Of a stretch of 64,000 bases of DNA, positions 47,889 through 56,961 are shown one piece after another. Each line of letters starts with the position of its first letter. Positions within the stretch are counted from its first letter, which is position 1. A model generated the notes under the pieces. That model was not told the origin of the DNA. It saw only the letters and a list, made by a program, of their open reading frames with translations, and searched no databases. The position numbers and the translations under genes were made by a program. This DNA comes from Pyrinomonadaceae bacterium (GTDB taxonomy: Bacteria; Acidobacteriota; Blastocatellia; Pyrinomonadales; Pyrinomonadaceae): contig DASQMC010000079.1 in NCBI GenBank assembly GCA_035645695.1, forward strand, positions 3,402 through 67,401, written 5' to 3'.

Positions 47889-48068
47889 TTAGTGCGCCCG
47901 GACGCGCTCGGCGCGCTCCGCCTGCTGTTGCCACATGCGCTCGAACTCTTCGGGCTTCGGCTCGTCGCCGCCGCCGCCCCCATCCCCTCCCGCGCCGCCG
48001 CCTCCGCGTTTCTTCGAGTCGCCCGTATCCGCCACGTCAACGTTCATCTGATCGATCACCACCGCCAT
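47889..48068 (-). CDS. Small conserved-position CIS protein (Afp6/DUF5908-like?), Gly-rich and acidic
   Basis: The ATG at 48068 has a GGAGG SD 8 nt upstream. The sequence is MAVVIDQMNVDVADTGDSKKRGGGGAGGDGGGGGDEPKPEEFERMWQQQAERAERVRAH. The gene sits between the LysM tube initiator and the spike genes. Confidence 0.55.
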   Translation of the reverse strand: MAVVIDQMNVDVADTGDSKKRGGGGAGGDGGGGGDEPKPEEFERMWQQQAERAERVRAH

Positions 48069-48083
48069 CGCTCTCACCTCCCT

Positions 48084-48974
48084 TTAAAACAGATCGCCGA
48101 CTTCCAGCTTGATGTTCGTCTCGATTGACCCCGCGCCGCCCTGCGCCGATAACGAAGACGACGCCCCGAACGAGGGAGATGCTCCGAATGGCGCGGTTGC
48201 TCCGAATGAAGACGACGCCCCGAACGACGCGGATGCTCCGGCGGAACCTGTGACGCCCGCGCCGAACGAGCCGCCGCCGGAGCCGCCCGCGTTCATGTCG
48301 AGCAGTTGGCCGGGTTCGAGCATGCGCGGGTTTTCGATGTTGTTGGCGGCGGCGATTGATTGCCAGTCGTCGCCTTTGCCCTGGCTGTCGGCGAGTTCCG
48401 GCAAGCTCTTGTCCTTCGGGGCTTCGGTCAGGCGGCGCGTGCCGGGCGTCTGCGCGGCGGAGGCGTCCACGTCTTTAATCGTGAACTCCGTGATCTTCTG
48501 CTGCGACAAATTGAGCGTCATGCTCGCGCGCAGCGGGCGGCCTTCGGGCGAGAAGAATTCGAGCGACTCTTCGAGCGACTCCATCAAACCGTCGAACTGA
48601 AACGACCCCCAGATGAAGCGCACCGACGGCGGCACGTAATTCTTGCCCTCCTGCACGGGCGTGATGAAATAGGCCACCTTCTGCGTCAGCTTGCGCACGT
48701 CGTTTTCCGCCGTCTCCCCCTCGGGCATGGGCTGGGTTACGTCGAACCAGAGTTGGAGGACGAGTTTGGTCGTGCCCGCGCCGACGAACTGGCGCGCGGG
48801 CGTTCCCTTCTGGTCGCCCGCGCCCGCGGGCGTCGCGATCTGGTTGGCGAACGAGACCTTCAGCGACTCCGGGTTGAACTGCACCTTCGCAGTCTTCTCC
48901 GGGTTGATCTCGTTCTTGAACTCGGCATCCAACTGCCGCAGTTCGGCTTTTTCCAGTTTGACCGAATCAGGCAT
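48084..48974 (-). CDS. Tube-initiator-like protein with C-terminal LysM domain (Afp7-like)
   Basis: The ATG at 48974 has a GGGAG SD. The N-terminal tube-like segment is VKLEKAELRQLD...AKVQFNPESLKVSFANQI. The LysM-like segment is GDDWQSIAAANNIENPRMLEPGQLLDMN. The track ORF extension to 49052 reads through the heptamer repeat (HSSLIT) and is not credible. Confidence 0.8.
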   Translation of the reverse strand: MPDSVKLEKAELRQLDAEFKNEINPEKTAKVQFNPESLKVSFANQIATPAGAGDQKGTPARQFVGAGTTKLVLQLWFDVTQPMPEGETAENDVRKLTQKVAYFITPVQEGKNYVPPSVRFIWGSFQFDGLMESLEESLEFFSPEGRPLRASMTLNLSQQKITEFTIKDVDASAAQTPGTRRLTEAPKDKSLPELADSQGKGDDWQSIAAANNIENPRMLEPGQLLDMNAGGSGGGSFGAGVTGSAGASASFGASSSFGATAPFGASPSFGASSSLSAQGGAGSIETNIKLEVGDLF

Positions 48975-48997
48975 CTCGACTCCCGGCGACGGTGCGG

Positions 48998-49188
48998 AAG
49001 TGATGAGTGATGAGTGACGAGTGATGAGCCGGAAAACCATCCCGCTCGCCACGCATCTTCTCGTCTCTCGTCATCTCTCGCTCATCGCTTTCAACTCATC
49101 ACTCATTACTCATCACTCATTACTCATTACTCATTACTCATTACTCATTACTCATTACTCATTACTCATTACTCATCACTCATCACTT
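48998..49188. repeat. Heptamer microsatellite hairpin: 13 x ACTCATY facing 4 x GATGAGT
   Basis: A tandem array of ACTCATC/ACTCATT runs in perfect 7-nt register from 49094 to 49184. Reverse-complement copies (aagtgatgagtgatgagtgacgagtgatgag) lie at 48998-49028. The terminal 18 nt (aagtgatgagtgatgagt / actcatcactcatcactt) are perfectly complementary. Confidence 0.9.
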
Positions 49189-49196
49189 CTCCCCGC

Positions 49197-49685
49197 TCAT
49201 TGCCCGGACGTGCCGGTGTTGTCTTTGAGCGAGAGCGATTCATAGGCAAGCTGGAGTTCTTCTATCGCCACCGCGCCGTCTTTCGCGTTGAGCGGCGGGG
49301 CTTTGAGTTTGACCGGGACGCAGCGCGAGAGGATGAAGCGCGCGCTCTCGGTCGTGCCGTCGGGGGCGAAGACGACCACTTCGGCGTCGGCGCGCGTCTC
49401 GGGGTTCGTCAACATCAGGTTCACCCACCTCCACAGGTCGAACGTCTCGGTCATGCCTCGCCTGAGCGTGACCGACCCGAAGTTGAGCGGCCCGGTCAGG
49501 CGAATCTGCTTGCCGTTGTTGCCGCCCTCTCGGATGGTCTTGACCTCCATCGTTATTTCCAGCCCGTCGCACTCGGCGAAGGCCGCGTCGCAAATCTGCA
49601 TCGCCACACCGTCAACCCTGATCTCGACCGAGAAGTTGAAGGCGACGAACGGGTAGACGACCGTCTCGTTGGCGGATTTCGTCAT
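49197..49685 (-). CDS. Tail tube protein paralog 2 (Afp5-like)
   Basis: The sequence is [17 protein letters not shown]...[53 protein letters not shown]. This is the same pattern as the tube gene at 52766..53218. Confidence 0.88.
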   Translation of the reverse strand: MTKSANETVVYPFVAFNFSVEIRVDGVAMQICDAAFAECDGLEITMEVKTIREGGNNGKQIRLTGPLNFGSVTLRRGMTETFDLWRWVNLMLTNPETRADAEVVVFAPDGTTESARFILSRCVPVKLKAPPLNAKDGAVAIEELQLAYESLSLKDNTGTSGQ

Positions 49686-49689
49686 TGCG

Positions 49690-52653
49690 CTATCTCGCCT
49701 CCGTGACGAAACCCCGGTCGCCCGTCTGCACGAGCCGGATCGTCATGAACGTCAGAGGCCGCGACGGCGCGACGCGCAACTCGACTATGAAACGCCCCTC
49801 TTCGACCGACTGGCGCGTGTTCAAAGATTCGCCCGCCACGACCTGATAAGCGGCGGCGGCCGTGCGTCCGGCAAACGCGCCGCGCAAAAACATTCGATCC
49901 AGCACTGCCTCGAAGCCGCGCACGACGAGGCGGCGGAAGGCCGCGCTGTTCGGCTCGAAGACGTAAGTCGCGCCGTGGCGAAGGGCCAAGCGGCGCAGCA
50001 GGATCAGCAGGCGGCGCACGTTGATGAGCCGCAGGTCTTCGTCGTCGCTGAGCGTGTCGGCGTTCAGGGCGAGAAAGCCGCGCGGCTCGTGGCGGATGAG
50101 ATTCAGCCCGGCCAACTGCAAGTCGAGCCAGCGATGGCGGACGATGGGAGGCGCGAGCGCGACGCAGCCGTTGACGAGTTCGTTGGCCGGGGCGACCCAC
50201 GCGCCGCGTGCGTTGGCGCGGCGCGCGAGGATGCCGCAGGCCGCGCCGTCCGGCGGGTTGTCGCGAAAGAGATCGAAGCGGCGCGCATCGCGCCCCGTGA
50301 GCCACGGGTGATAGACGGCGGCGTAGCTGAACGCGCCCGTCTCGTCGTTGTTCAGACGCACGCTGTTGTCCGAGCCGGGCGCGCGTTCCTGCGTCGTCTT
50401 GAGGAGCGAGATGTGTTCGATGGCTTTGTCTTCGCGATAATGCGACGGCAGGGAGAGCACCGCGAGCAGGTCGCCGCGAGCGGCGCACATGCGCACGAGA
50501 GCGCGCTGCACGGAGAGCAATTCGGCGTTCGAGTAGTCGGCCTCGTCTCTCAACTCCCACGCGTTCGACGGCGCGACGCGCACAGAGACGCCGTTCGACC
50601 AGTCGCTCGTGCCTCTCGCGGTCGTCGCGCGGACGCGATAGTAATAATCGCCGGGACGACGACCGTAGAGCGTGTAGCTCAAGTCCTTGCCCGTGTAGAC
50701 GGTCGTGCCTCCGTTCCAGTCACGGTCGGTTGATTCTTCGAGCACGAACGTTGCGCCCGCGACGCCGGACATCCAGGAGAGCGTGTATGTTCCGCTCTCG
50801 CTGAAATTGCCGGGAGAGGCGATGAACGGGCGCTCGATCACTTCGATGTCGCAGTCCAGAAAGTGGCCGAGTTGCGGGCGGCGCACGAGCGGCGGGTTGT
50901 CGAGCCGCGAGCAGTCCAGAAAGTGCCACCACTCGGGGCGCGGGAACGGCTTAGAGGGACGCGCAATCGGGGCTTTCTCCTGATTGGCCTTGTCCCAACC
51001 GCGATGCACCGCGTCCGGCACGGCGACGACGGTCACTTCTTCGAGCGCGAGCGCGGCGTGAATGCCGCGCAGGCGGCGCGGGTGTTCGCTCAGGTAGCGA
51101 ATGAAGTCTGCGCGCGAGAGCAGATCGTTGAGGCTGGCTTCCCGGAGATCGGGGTCGAGAAACAAATCCGCATCGAACTCGGCAAGGCCGTCTCTTTCGA
51201 GCGGCGTGCCGGGAAGTTTGACGGCGGGCAAAAACCGCTCCGGCAACAACTTCATGCCGAGCGGAATGTAGACAACCCCTTCGCCCTCAGCCGCCGCGAG
51301 CGGGAAGCGAACCTCGCCGACGGGCTGCCAGAGCTGTTCGGCCGGTTCGTTGACGGGCGCGGTTCTGTCGGCGTCGTAGGCTTCGGCGTCGGTGGGGAGT
51401 TGGCCGAAGTAACGCGGGTGGCTCGCGCCGAAGGCGAGTTCGCCGAGCGTCAACGCGTAATCGTTTCCCTTGCGCGCCCACAACTCGAAGGAGAGCCGTT
51501 CGCCTACGGGCGCGATTTTACCATCGTCTTCGAGAGCGTTTTGCGCGGGCGCGCCGGGCAGCCACCAGAGGCCGCGCCCTTTGATCCGCACCACCTCGGC
51601 CGCGCCCGGCAAAGCAGCGTTCGTCGCGATGCCGGTCTCTTCGACCGTGATCCAGAGGTTCTCGCCTTCGACGCGGACAATTGTGCCCGCGGTCGGAGCT
51701 TCGGCGGCGGAGATGGCTAGATCGAGCGTGAGCTCGCGCCCCTCGCGCGATTTCTTCTCGTTGTCCCACGGGTACAAAACACCAGCGCGGCGAGCGGCGA
51801 ACTCGTCGGCCTGTGTGCGTTCCGGCGGTTCCTGCGATTCGTATTCAATCGGCGTTTGAGGCTCGGACGTGTAGACGCGCGCCTCTACGAGTTTCGGCGC
51901 GGCGGGCGGCGGATGCGGGGATGTCGCGCGCAACCAGACGGGATGCGCGGCGTCGGTCTGCACCGTCCGTCGCAGCGTGGGCGAACTCGCGGCGAGCGGC
52001 GCGATCCCGGTCGCCTGAAAAAGCAGCACGTACTCGTCTTTGAAAGTGAGACGCAGCAGATCGCCTTCGACCAGAGCATCGGGCGAATCGAGGGCGAGTT
52101 CGGCGCGGAGTTTCGCCAGAGAGAAACCGGACACCATCGCCGGACGGCTGACGAGCGACGCGCTCACTTCCAGATCGTCCGACCAACTGCCCTCGGAGCG
52201 CGCCCGCACGTAGGCCGGGTTCAATTTCTCCACGATGCCCTTGCGCGCATCGTCGGTCGTGTTGAGCGCGCCCGCCATCAGGCCGGGCACGTGGAAGAAA
52301 TTCGAGCGGGCGCGATTCAGCGTGCCGTCGCCCATCGCGGCGGCGCGCTCGCGCGCGACGCGCACGATCCAGCAACGCCGCCCGCCGTTGTCGAAGAAGC
52401 TGCGCACGCAGGGCGCGAGGTAGGCGAAAGTCTCGCCGCTCAGTTTTCTGTCCCACGCGACGCGAGCGTCTTCGCCGAAGATGTCCGTAAACTGCGCGAC
52501 GGATTCGACGGCGACGGCCAGGTTCAAAGGTCCGGACGCGGCGAAGCCGACGAAGGCCGCCACGTCCATGCGTGGCAACCACTCGTCCAGAGACGGCGCT
52601 TGAGCCTCGAAACGAAAACCGGGCAGACGCCGCGTAACGACGCGCTTCAACAT
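49690..52653 (-). CDS. Giant tail-sheath paralog (987 aa) with large insertion including an FN3-like domain
   Basis: The C-terminal sheath domain reads AAVYHPWLTGRD...GILARRANARGAWVAPANE...GLNLIRHEPRGFLALNADTLSDDEDLRLINVRRLL. The N-terminus is RLPGFRFEAQAP...VAAFVGFAASGP. The FN3-like block GTYTLSWMSGVAGATFVLEESTDRDWNGGTTVYTGKDLSYTLYGRRPGDYYYRVRATTARGTSDWSNGVSVRV maps to about 50569-50832. Confidence 0.8.
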   Translation of the reverse strand: MLKRVVTRRLPGFRFEAQAPSLDEWLPRMDVAAFVGFAASGPLNLAVAVESVAQFTDIFGEDARVAWDRKLSGETFAYLAPCVRSFFDNGGRRCWIVRVARERAAAMGDGTLNRARSNFFHVPGLMAGALNTTDDARKGIVEKLNPAYVRARSEGSWSDDLEVSASLVSRPAMVSGFSLAKLRAELALDSPDALVEGDLLRLTFKDEYVLLFQATGIAPLAASSPTLRRTVQTDAAHPVWLRATSPHPPPAAPKLVEARVYTSEPQTPIEYESQEPPERTQADEFAARRAGVLYPWDNEKKSREGRELTLDLAISAAEAPTAGTIVRVEGENLWITVEETGIATNAALPGAAEVVRIKGRGLWWLPGAPAQNALEDDGKIAPVGERLSFELWARKGNDYALTLGELAFGASHPRYFGQLPTDAEAYDADRTAPVNEPAEQLWQPVGEVRFPLAAAEGEGVVYIPLGMKLLPERFLPAVKLPGTPLERDGLAEFDADLFLDPDLREASLNDLLSRADFIRYLSEHPRRLRGIHAALALEEVTVVAVPDAVHRGWDKANQEKAPIARPSKPFPRPEWWHFLDCSRLDNPPLVRRPQLGHFLDCDIEVIERPFIASPGNFSESGTYTLSWMSGVAGATFVLEESTDRDWNGGTTVYTGKDLSYTLYGRRPGDYYYRVRATTARGTSDWSNGVSVRVAPSNAWELRDEADYSNAELLSVQRALVRMCAARGDLLAVLSLPSHYREDKAIEHISLLKTTQERAPGSDNSVRLNNDETGAFSYAAVYHPWLTGRDARRFDLFRDNPPDGAACGILARRANARGAWVAPANELVNGCVALAPPIVRHRWLDLQLAGLNLIRHEPRGFLALNADTLSDDEDLRLINVRRLLILLRRLALRHGATYVFEPNSAAFRRLVVRGFEAVLDRMFLRGAFAGRTAAAAYQVVAGESLNTRQSVEEGRFIVELRVAPSRPLTFMTIRLVQTGDRGFVTEAR

Positions 52654-52765
52654 CGCTCACCCCATTTGCCGGAGAGTCCGGCAACAACCATCCGGCGAAG
52701 ACGCGCTCGAACGCTCCCCTCTTAACAGAGCGTTATCGGTCGCGCAGTCGCCAGCCACGGACGGC

Positions 52766-53218
52766 TTATTCCATTTCCAGACGCTCGTAGGCGAGCGTCA
52801 ACTCTTCCATCGCCACGTCCGTACCCCTGGCGTTCATCGGGCCGCTGACGTGCTTGATGATGCGCGCGCGCAGCAGTTTCCAAGTCTGGACGACCGCCGT
52901 GTGATCCTCGTTCTGCAACTGGATGACAACCGTGCGCTCGGCCATCTGGTTGCCGTTGCGTATGTCGTCGAGCCACCTGTAGAGATTGAGCGAGCCGATC
53001 ACGCCGCGCTTCAAAGTGACATCGGTTGCCTTGTTGAGGCCGGTGATTTTGCGCACGCTGTTCTCTTTCGAGTTGCCCGTGCGATATTCCGACACGGTTA
53101 CTTCCATGCCGATGTTGCTGCACTCCTGAAAACCCGCCTCCACCCCGTCGGTCGTGCCCGTGCCGAGGTCGACCAGAAAATTGAACTGCACATACGGACG
53201 ATCACGTAGGACTGCCAT
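52766..53218 (-). CDS. Tail tube protein paralog 1 (Afp1-like, T4 gp19-type)
   Basis: The sequence is MAVLRDRPYVQFNFLVDLGTGTTDGVEAGFQECSNIGMEVTVSEYRTGNSKENSVRKITGLNKATDVTLKRGVIGSLNLYRWL. A GAGGAGAA SD lies upstream. Confidence 0.9.
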   Translation of the reverse strand: MAVLRDRPYVQFNFLVDLGTGTTDGVEAGFQECSNIGMEVTVSEYRTGNSKENSVRKITGLNKATDVTLKRGVIGSLNLYRWLDDIRNGNQMAERTVVIQLQNEDHTAVVQTWKLLRARIIKHVSGPMNARGTDVAMEELTLAYERLEME

Positions 53219-53233
53219 AATCTTCTCCTCAAA

Positions 53234-53308
53234 AACGATGAAGTAGGAACGATGAACGATGAACGGAAGAAAACTGCTTTTACTTCATCGTTCCGCGTTC
53301 ATCGTTCC
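53234..53308. repeat. Second GAACGAT-heptamer hairpin element (same repeat unit as 26953-27032)
   Basis: aacgatgaagt (53234-53244) pairs with acttcatcgtt (53282-53292). gaacgatgaacg pairs with cgttcatcgttc (53297-53308) as an alternative. It fills the sheath-tube intergenic gap. Confidence 0.8.
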
Positions 53309-53311
53309 GCG

Positions 53312-55357
53312 TTAAACTTTCCTATCCGCCGTCCACTGGCCGATGCGGAAGATGACGAACTCTGCGGGGCGCAGGGGCGCGACGCCGACGAGACAGACGA
53401 GCCGCCCGTTGTCGAGATCGTTCTGCGTCATGGTCGAGCGGTCGCAGCGCACGAAGTAGGCTTTGTCTGGCTTGTCGCCGAGAAGCGCGCCCATCTGAAA
53501 TTCGTTGAAGAGGAAATCTTCGATGGTGCGGCGCACGTTGTCCCAGAGCATCGAGCCGTTCGGCTCGAAGACCGCCCATTGCGTGCCCTTGTCGATGGAG
53601 CGTTCGAGATAGGCGAAGTAGCGGCGCAGATTCACGTATTTCCATTCGGGGTCGGAACTCGTCGTGCGCGCGCCCCAGAGGCGGAAACCGCGCCCCTCGA
53701 AGAAGCGGAAACAGTTGATGCCTTCCGGGTTCAAAACTTCCTGCTGCGCGCGGTTGAGCATCTTCTCGAAGCCGATGGCGAGGTTGACCACTTCGTTCGC
53801 GGGCGCTTTGTAGACGGCGCGATTGATGTCGTTGCGCGCGTAGATTCCGGCGACGAAGCCGCTCGGCGGCAGGTTGATCTCGCTGTTCGTGACGGGGTCG
53901 AGCACGCGTATCCACGGATAGTAGAAGGCCGCATATTTGGAATCGATCTTGGCGCGCATGGCGCGCACTTCCGAGATCGATTGATCGTCGCCGCTGTCTA
54001 TGACGGCGATGCGATAGCGCATCCGCTCGGCGTGCGTGACGAGCGCGTTGATGATCGCCGTCGCTCCGGCGGTGTTGTCCCTGTAGTTGGCCGTCGCTCC
54101 GGGCGTGGCGACGATGGAGATGTCTTCCAAATCCTCGAAGGAGACGAGGCCGAACTTGGCGTTCGTCTGCTCGTCGATGTTACCGGCGTACTCCTCGGCT
54201 CCGGGCAGTTGGCCGTCGTTGCCGCCGGTCAGGAGAATTTCCACGCTGCGGTCGCTGTCGGTCGAGTCGAGGTTGTCGAGCAGGTTCGCGCTCAGGTTCT
54301 CGTTCGACTTGGAACTCGTGCCGTAAGCGATGAGCGTCTCGATCAGTTCGACGCCGGTCGCGAGACCCGCGCCGACGAGCACGACGATGGGGAGCGTGCG
54401 CGCCTGCGAGAGGCTGCTCGGATTTTGCGAGAAAGCCGCGCTGATGGAATCGCGCGTGCCGAAGGTGTTCTCGTGTTGCGGGTCGAGCGCGATGTTGTCC
54501 CAGACGTTCGTCGTCGAACCGTCGGCGGAAGTGACGGAGATGGTCAAGGTCGCGACGCGCACCTCGTCGCCCTCGTCCACGCTGAGCGCGCTGAAGCCCG
54601 AGCCTGCATTCGTGTTGAGCCGCAGATCGCCGTTCGCCTTCGTCGCCGTTTCGCCGAAAATCCACGTCTGCTCCGTCTCGTCGTAATGCGCGAGACGAAA
54701 GCCGCCGGTGCCGGGCGGGCTGTTGACCGGACTCGTCACATTGCTCACCCAGACCGTGTCGAAGTTGCGCAGCGACTTGACCGACAGGTGTTCCGGCTCG
54801 CCCGCTTTCTTCGGGTCTTGCACCAGAATGTTCTGGCCGAGTTTGACCGTGACGCGCACGCGCACGTTACCGGCCGCGCCGGGGAAGCGCGCGCGGATGA
54901 GCACGGATTCATCGGCCAGTTGCGCCACAGGGTCTTGATACATCCACGCGCGCGCATGGCCGTCGGAGTAGAGCGCGCCGGTCTTGCTCGGGTCGTCTTC
55001 GAGGATTTTTTCGCTGGGACGCTTGTAGATGTTCTCGACACCGTCGGCGTCGCCGGTGATGACGAGCGGGCGGAAGATGCGCCCGATATAAACCCGCTTG
55101 CCGCCCTCTTCAAAAAAGGCGCGCACGGCGTGCCAGAGATAGTTGTGCGTCTTCGCGCCTTCAAAATCGAGTTTCTGCCGGTCGCCGTAGATGCGCTCGA
55201 ACTCGACGAGGCCGGTGATGATGTCCGGCTCAAGATCAACCGGGCCGAAGCGCGACGGGCCGACCAGCCCGGTCGTGGTCGTGCTCACGCCTTCGATTGA
55301 CTTGGCGCGAAACGAGGTCTCTTCGATATAGACTCCGGGAGCAAGATATTCAGGCAT
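53312..55357 (-). CDS. Tail sheath protein (Afp2/3/4-like)
   Basis: The N-terminus is MPEYLAPGVYIEETSFRAKSIEGVSTTTTGLVGPSRFGP. The C-terminal domain reads AAFYYPWIRVLD...GIYARNDINRAVYKAPANE...INCFRFFEGRGFRLWGARTTSSDPEWKYVNLRRYF. An AAGGAGAA SD is present. Confidence 0.95.
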   Translation of the reverse strand: MPEYLAPGVYIEETSFRAKSIEGVSTTTTGLVGPSRFGPVDLEPDIITGLVEFERIYGDRQKLDFEGAKTHNYLWHAVRAFFEEGGKRVYIGRIFRPLVITGDADGVENIYKRPSEKILEDDPSKTGALYSDGHARAWMYQDPVAQLADESVLIRARFPGAAGNVRVRVTVKLGQNILVQDPKKAGEPEHLSVKSLRNFDTVWVSNVTSPVNSPPGTGGFRLAHYDETEQTWIFGETATKANGDLRLNTNAGSGFSALSVDEGDEVRVATLTISVTSADGSTTNVWDNIALDPQHENTFGTRDSISAAFSQNPSSLSQARTLPIVVLVGAGLATGVELIETLIAYGTSSKSNENLSANLLDNLDSTDSDRSVEILLTGGNDGQLPGAEEYAGNIDEQTNAKFGLVSFEDLEDISIVATPGATANYRDNTAGATAIINALVTHAERMRYRIAVIDSGDDQSISEVRAMRAKIDSKYAAFYYPWIRVLDPVTNSEINLPPSGFVAGIYARNDINRAVYKAPANEVVNLAIGFEKMLNRAQQEVLNPEGINCFRFFEGRGFRLWGARTTSSDPEWKYVNLRRYFAYLERSIDKGTQWAVFEPNGSMLWDNVRRTIEDFLFNEFQMGALLGDKPDKAYFVRCDRSTMTQNDLDNGRLVCLVGVAPLRPAEFVIFRIGQWTADRKV

Positions 55358-55367
55358 GACTTCTCCT

Positions 55368-56309
55368 TCAGGGCGGTGAACCCGCCGGGGTAATGAACAG
55401 CACCGACTGCGGAACAGGCGGTGAAACGGTGATCGAATCTTGCGACTTTAAAATCAATTCCTGTCCGTATTTCAATGTCACGCCCGCCAGTTCTTCGAGC
55501 GTGGCGAAATCAGCCCACAGCGTGGCGGGCGGCGCGTTGAGTTGGTCGAGCGTGGCGCGCAGGTCCGGGAGCGGCGCGAATTTGGTTGCGGCATCATCCT
55601 CCTGAGGCGGCGGGGCGTAACCGGCGTTTAAGGTCAACTCCCACGTCTGCTCAAGGAGCGGCACGTTTTTGTTGACCGGCGGCGAGGCGACCGGCGAGGC
55701 GAGCGGCGAATCGGTCGGCTTCGGATAGGGAAAGATGAGGGCGACGCTTCCGCGCTCGTCGCTCATTCCGCGCGCGTGCAGTTGGCCGTCAAGACGTGCC
55801 TCCAATACCGCCCATCGGGCGGGCGCGTTCGTGTGCGCGTTCCACAGGTCGGCGCGAACGACGGCCATGCCCGAATTCAGCGCGCGCGCCGGGGCGGAAT
55901 AGAGCGGGACGCTCCTTGCGCCTTCGGGCGGCGAAGGCTCTAAGGGCGACAGCCAGTTGTAGAGGCCGCGCGGGGCGGGCAGCTCAACCTCGAATCGGAA
56001 AGGCTGAAAGCGACGCTCCTGATCGACGACCTCGACCACGAACGTTTGCGACGGCGGCAAGTTCAGCCAAAACTCTTCGTCGCCCGCGCCGTGTTCAAAG
56101 GCGCGCTGTAGTCCCGGCGCATGGTGCAGGACGTATGTTCCCGAACGATTGACGAAGGCTTCGACGCGCCGCGCGCTGTTGTTCGACGGGTAGACCGTCA
56201 CGCTCAGGCCGCCGCCGACGTTTTCGCCCGTCGCCGCATCGTGAAAGCGCAGCCCGACCGGCGCGACGAGCGTCAGCCTTTCCAACACCTGTACGGGTTT
56301 GAAGACCAT
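55368..56309 (-). CDS. CIS-associated hypothetical protein with two transthyretin/CarboxypepD_reg-like beta-sandwich segments
   Basis: The segments are VGLRFHDAATGENVGGGLSVTVYPSNNSARRVEAFVNRSGTYVLHHAPGL and VVRADLWNAHTNAPARWAVLEARLDGQLHARGMSDERGSVALIFPYP. The start overlaps the cap gene stop (TGATG). Confidence 0.55.
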   Translation of the reverse strand: MVFKPVQVLERLTLVAPVGLRFHDAATGENVGGGLSVTVYPSNNSARRVEAFVNRSGTYVLHHAPGLQRAFEHGAGDEEFWLNLPPSQTFVVEVVDQERRFQPFRFEVELPAPRGLYNWLSPLEPSPPEGARSVPLYSAPARALNSGMAVVRADLWNAHTNAPARWAVLEARLDGQLHARGMSDERGSVALIFPYPKPTDSPLASPVASPPVNKNVPLLEQTWELTLNAGYAPPPQEDDAATKFAPLPDLRATLDQLNAPPATLWADFATLEELAGVTLKYGQELILKSQDSITVSPPVPQSVLFITPAGSPP

Positions 56310-56896
56310 CACGCGCTCACCTTTCCGAGAGCGAATTCGCGCGTCTGCACCGCCTCGGCCTCTTCGAGCGCCACCTTCGACTCAATCGACACCATGCGGA
56401 TCACGTATGTGACCGAGAGCGGCGGATTCAGTTTCGTGAGTGTGGCGAGGTTCGACATGTCTTGCAGGTTCAAAGGGTCGAGGATGATCTCGATGGTTTC
56501 CCCTGTGCGGAAAGTTTCCGCGTCGGCGGCGTAGTCGTTCAACAAACTCGCGTGCAGCACGGGCACGTCCTGCATCATACGGATCGCCCAGCCGAGCAGT
56601 AGTTGCTGCTTCTCGGCCGTCTTGCCCCACGCCGTCAACATGTAATGAAGGTCGAGCGGCAGCGGCGGCCGGTAGCGCTTGCCGTCCGTGCCGGTGGACG
56701 GCGGCAGGTTGCGCCGCGAACCGTTGACCGCGATGCGATAGAGAAACAGCGACAGCCCTTCCTCCATCGGCGACAGGAAATCCTTGATCTGATAGAGACT
56801 GAAACGCGCGCCCTCGAATTCCGGCTTCGGGCACGCATCGCCGAGCAGTCCGATGATGGTCTGCCCCGCCGCCGCAATTGCCTCGTATGTCGCCAT
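56309..56896 (-). CDS. DUF4255-type tail terminator/cap protein (Afp16/Pvc16 N-domain-like)
   Basis: The 195-aa protein reads MATYEAIAAAGQTIIGLLGDACPKPEF...FSLYQIKDF...LSLFLYRIAVNGSRRNLP...LPLDLHYMLTAWG, matching my memory of the DUF4255 pattern. Confidence 0.75.
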   Translation of the reverse strand: MATYEAIAAAGQTIIGLLGDACPKPEFEGARFSLYQIKDFLSPMEEGLSLFLYRIAVNGSRRNLPPSTGTDGKRYRPPLPLDLHYMLTAWGKTAEKQQLLLGWAIRMMQDVPVLHASLLNDYAADAETFRTGETIEIILDPLNLQDMSNLATLTKLNPPLSVTYVIRMVSIESKVALEEAEAVQTREFALGKVSA

Positions 56897-56961
56897 CTTT
56901 TAAGGTGACCGAAATCAACCGGCCGTTGTTCCGTGACAAGTCGAACCGGACGACGCGCCGC

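Noticed and set aside
49094-49184. A possible CRISPR array (regular short repeats). The same question arose for the poly-Gly repeat at 32002-32113.
   Set aside because: The units are 7 nt (or 12/33 nt) and directly abutting, with no unique spacers. No cas genes are present. These are microsatellite or coding repeats.
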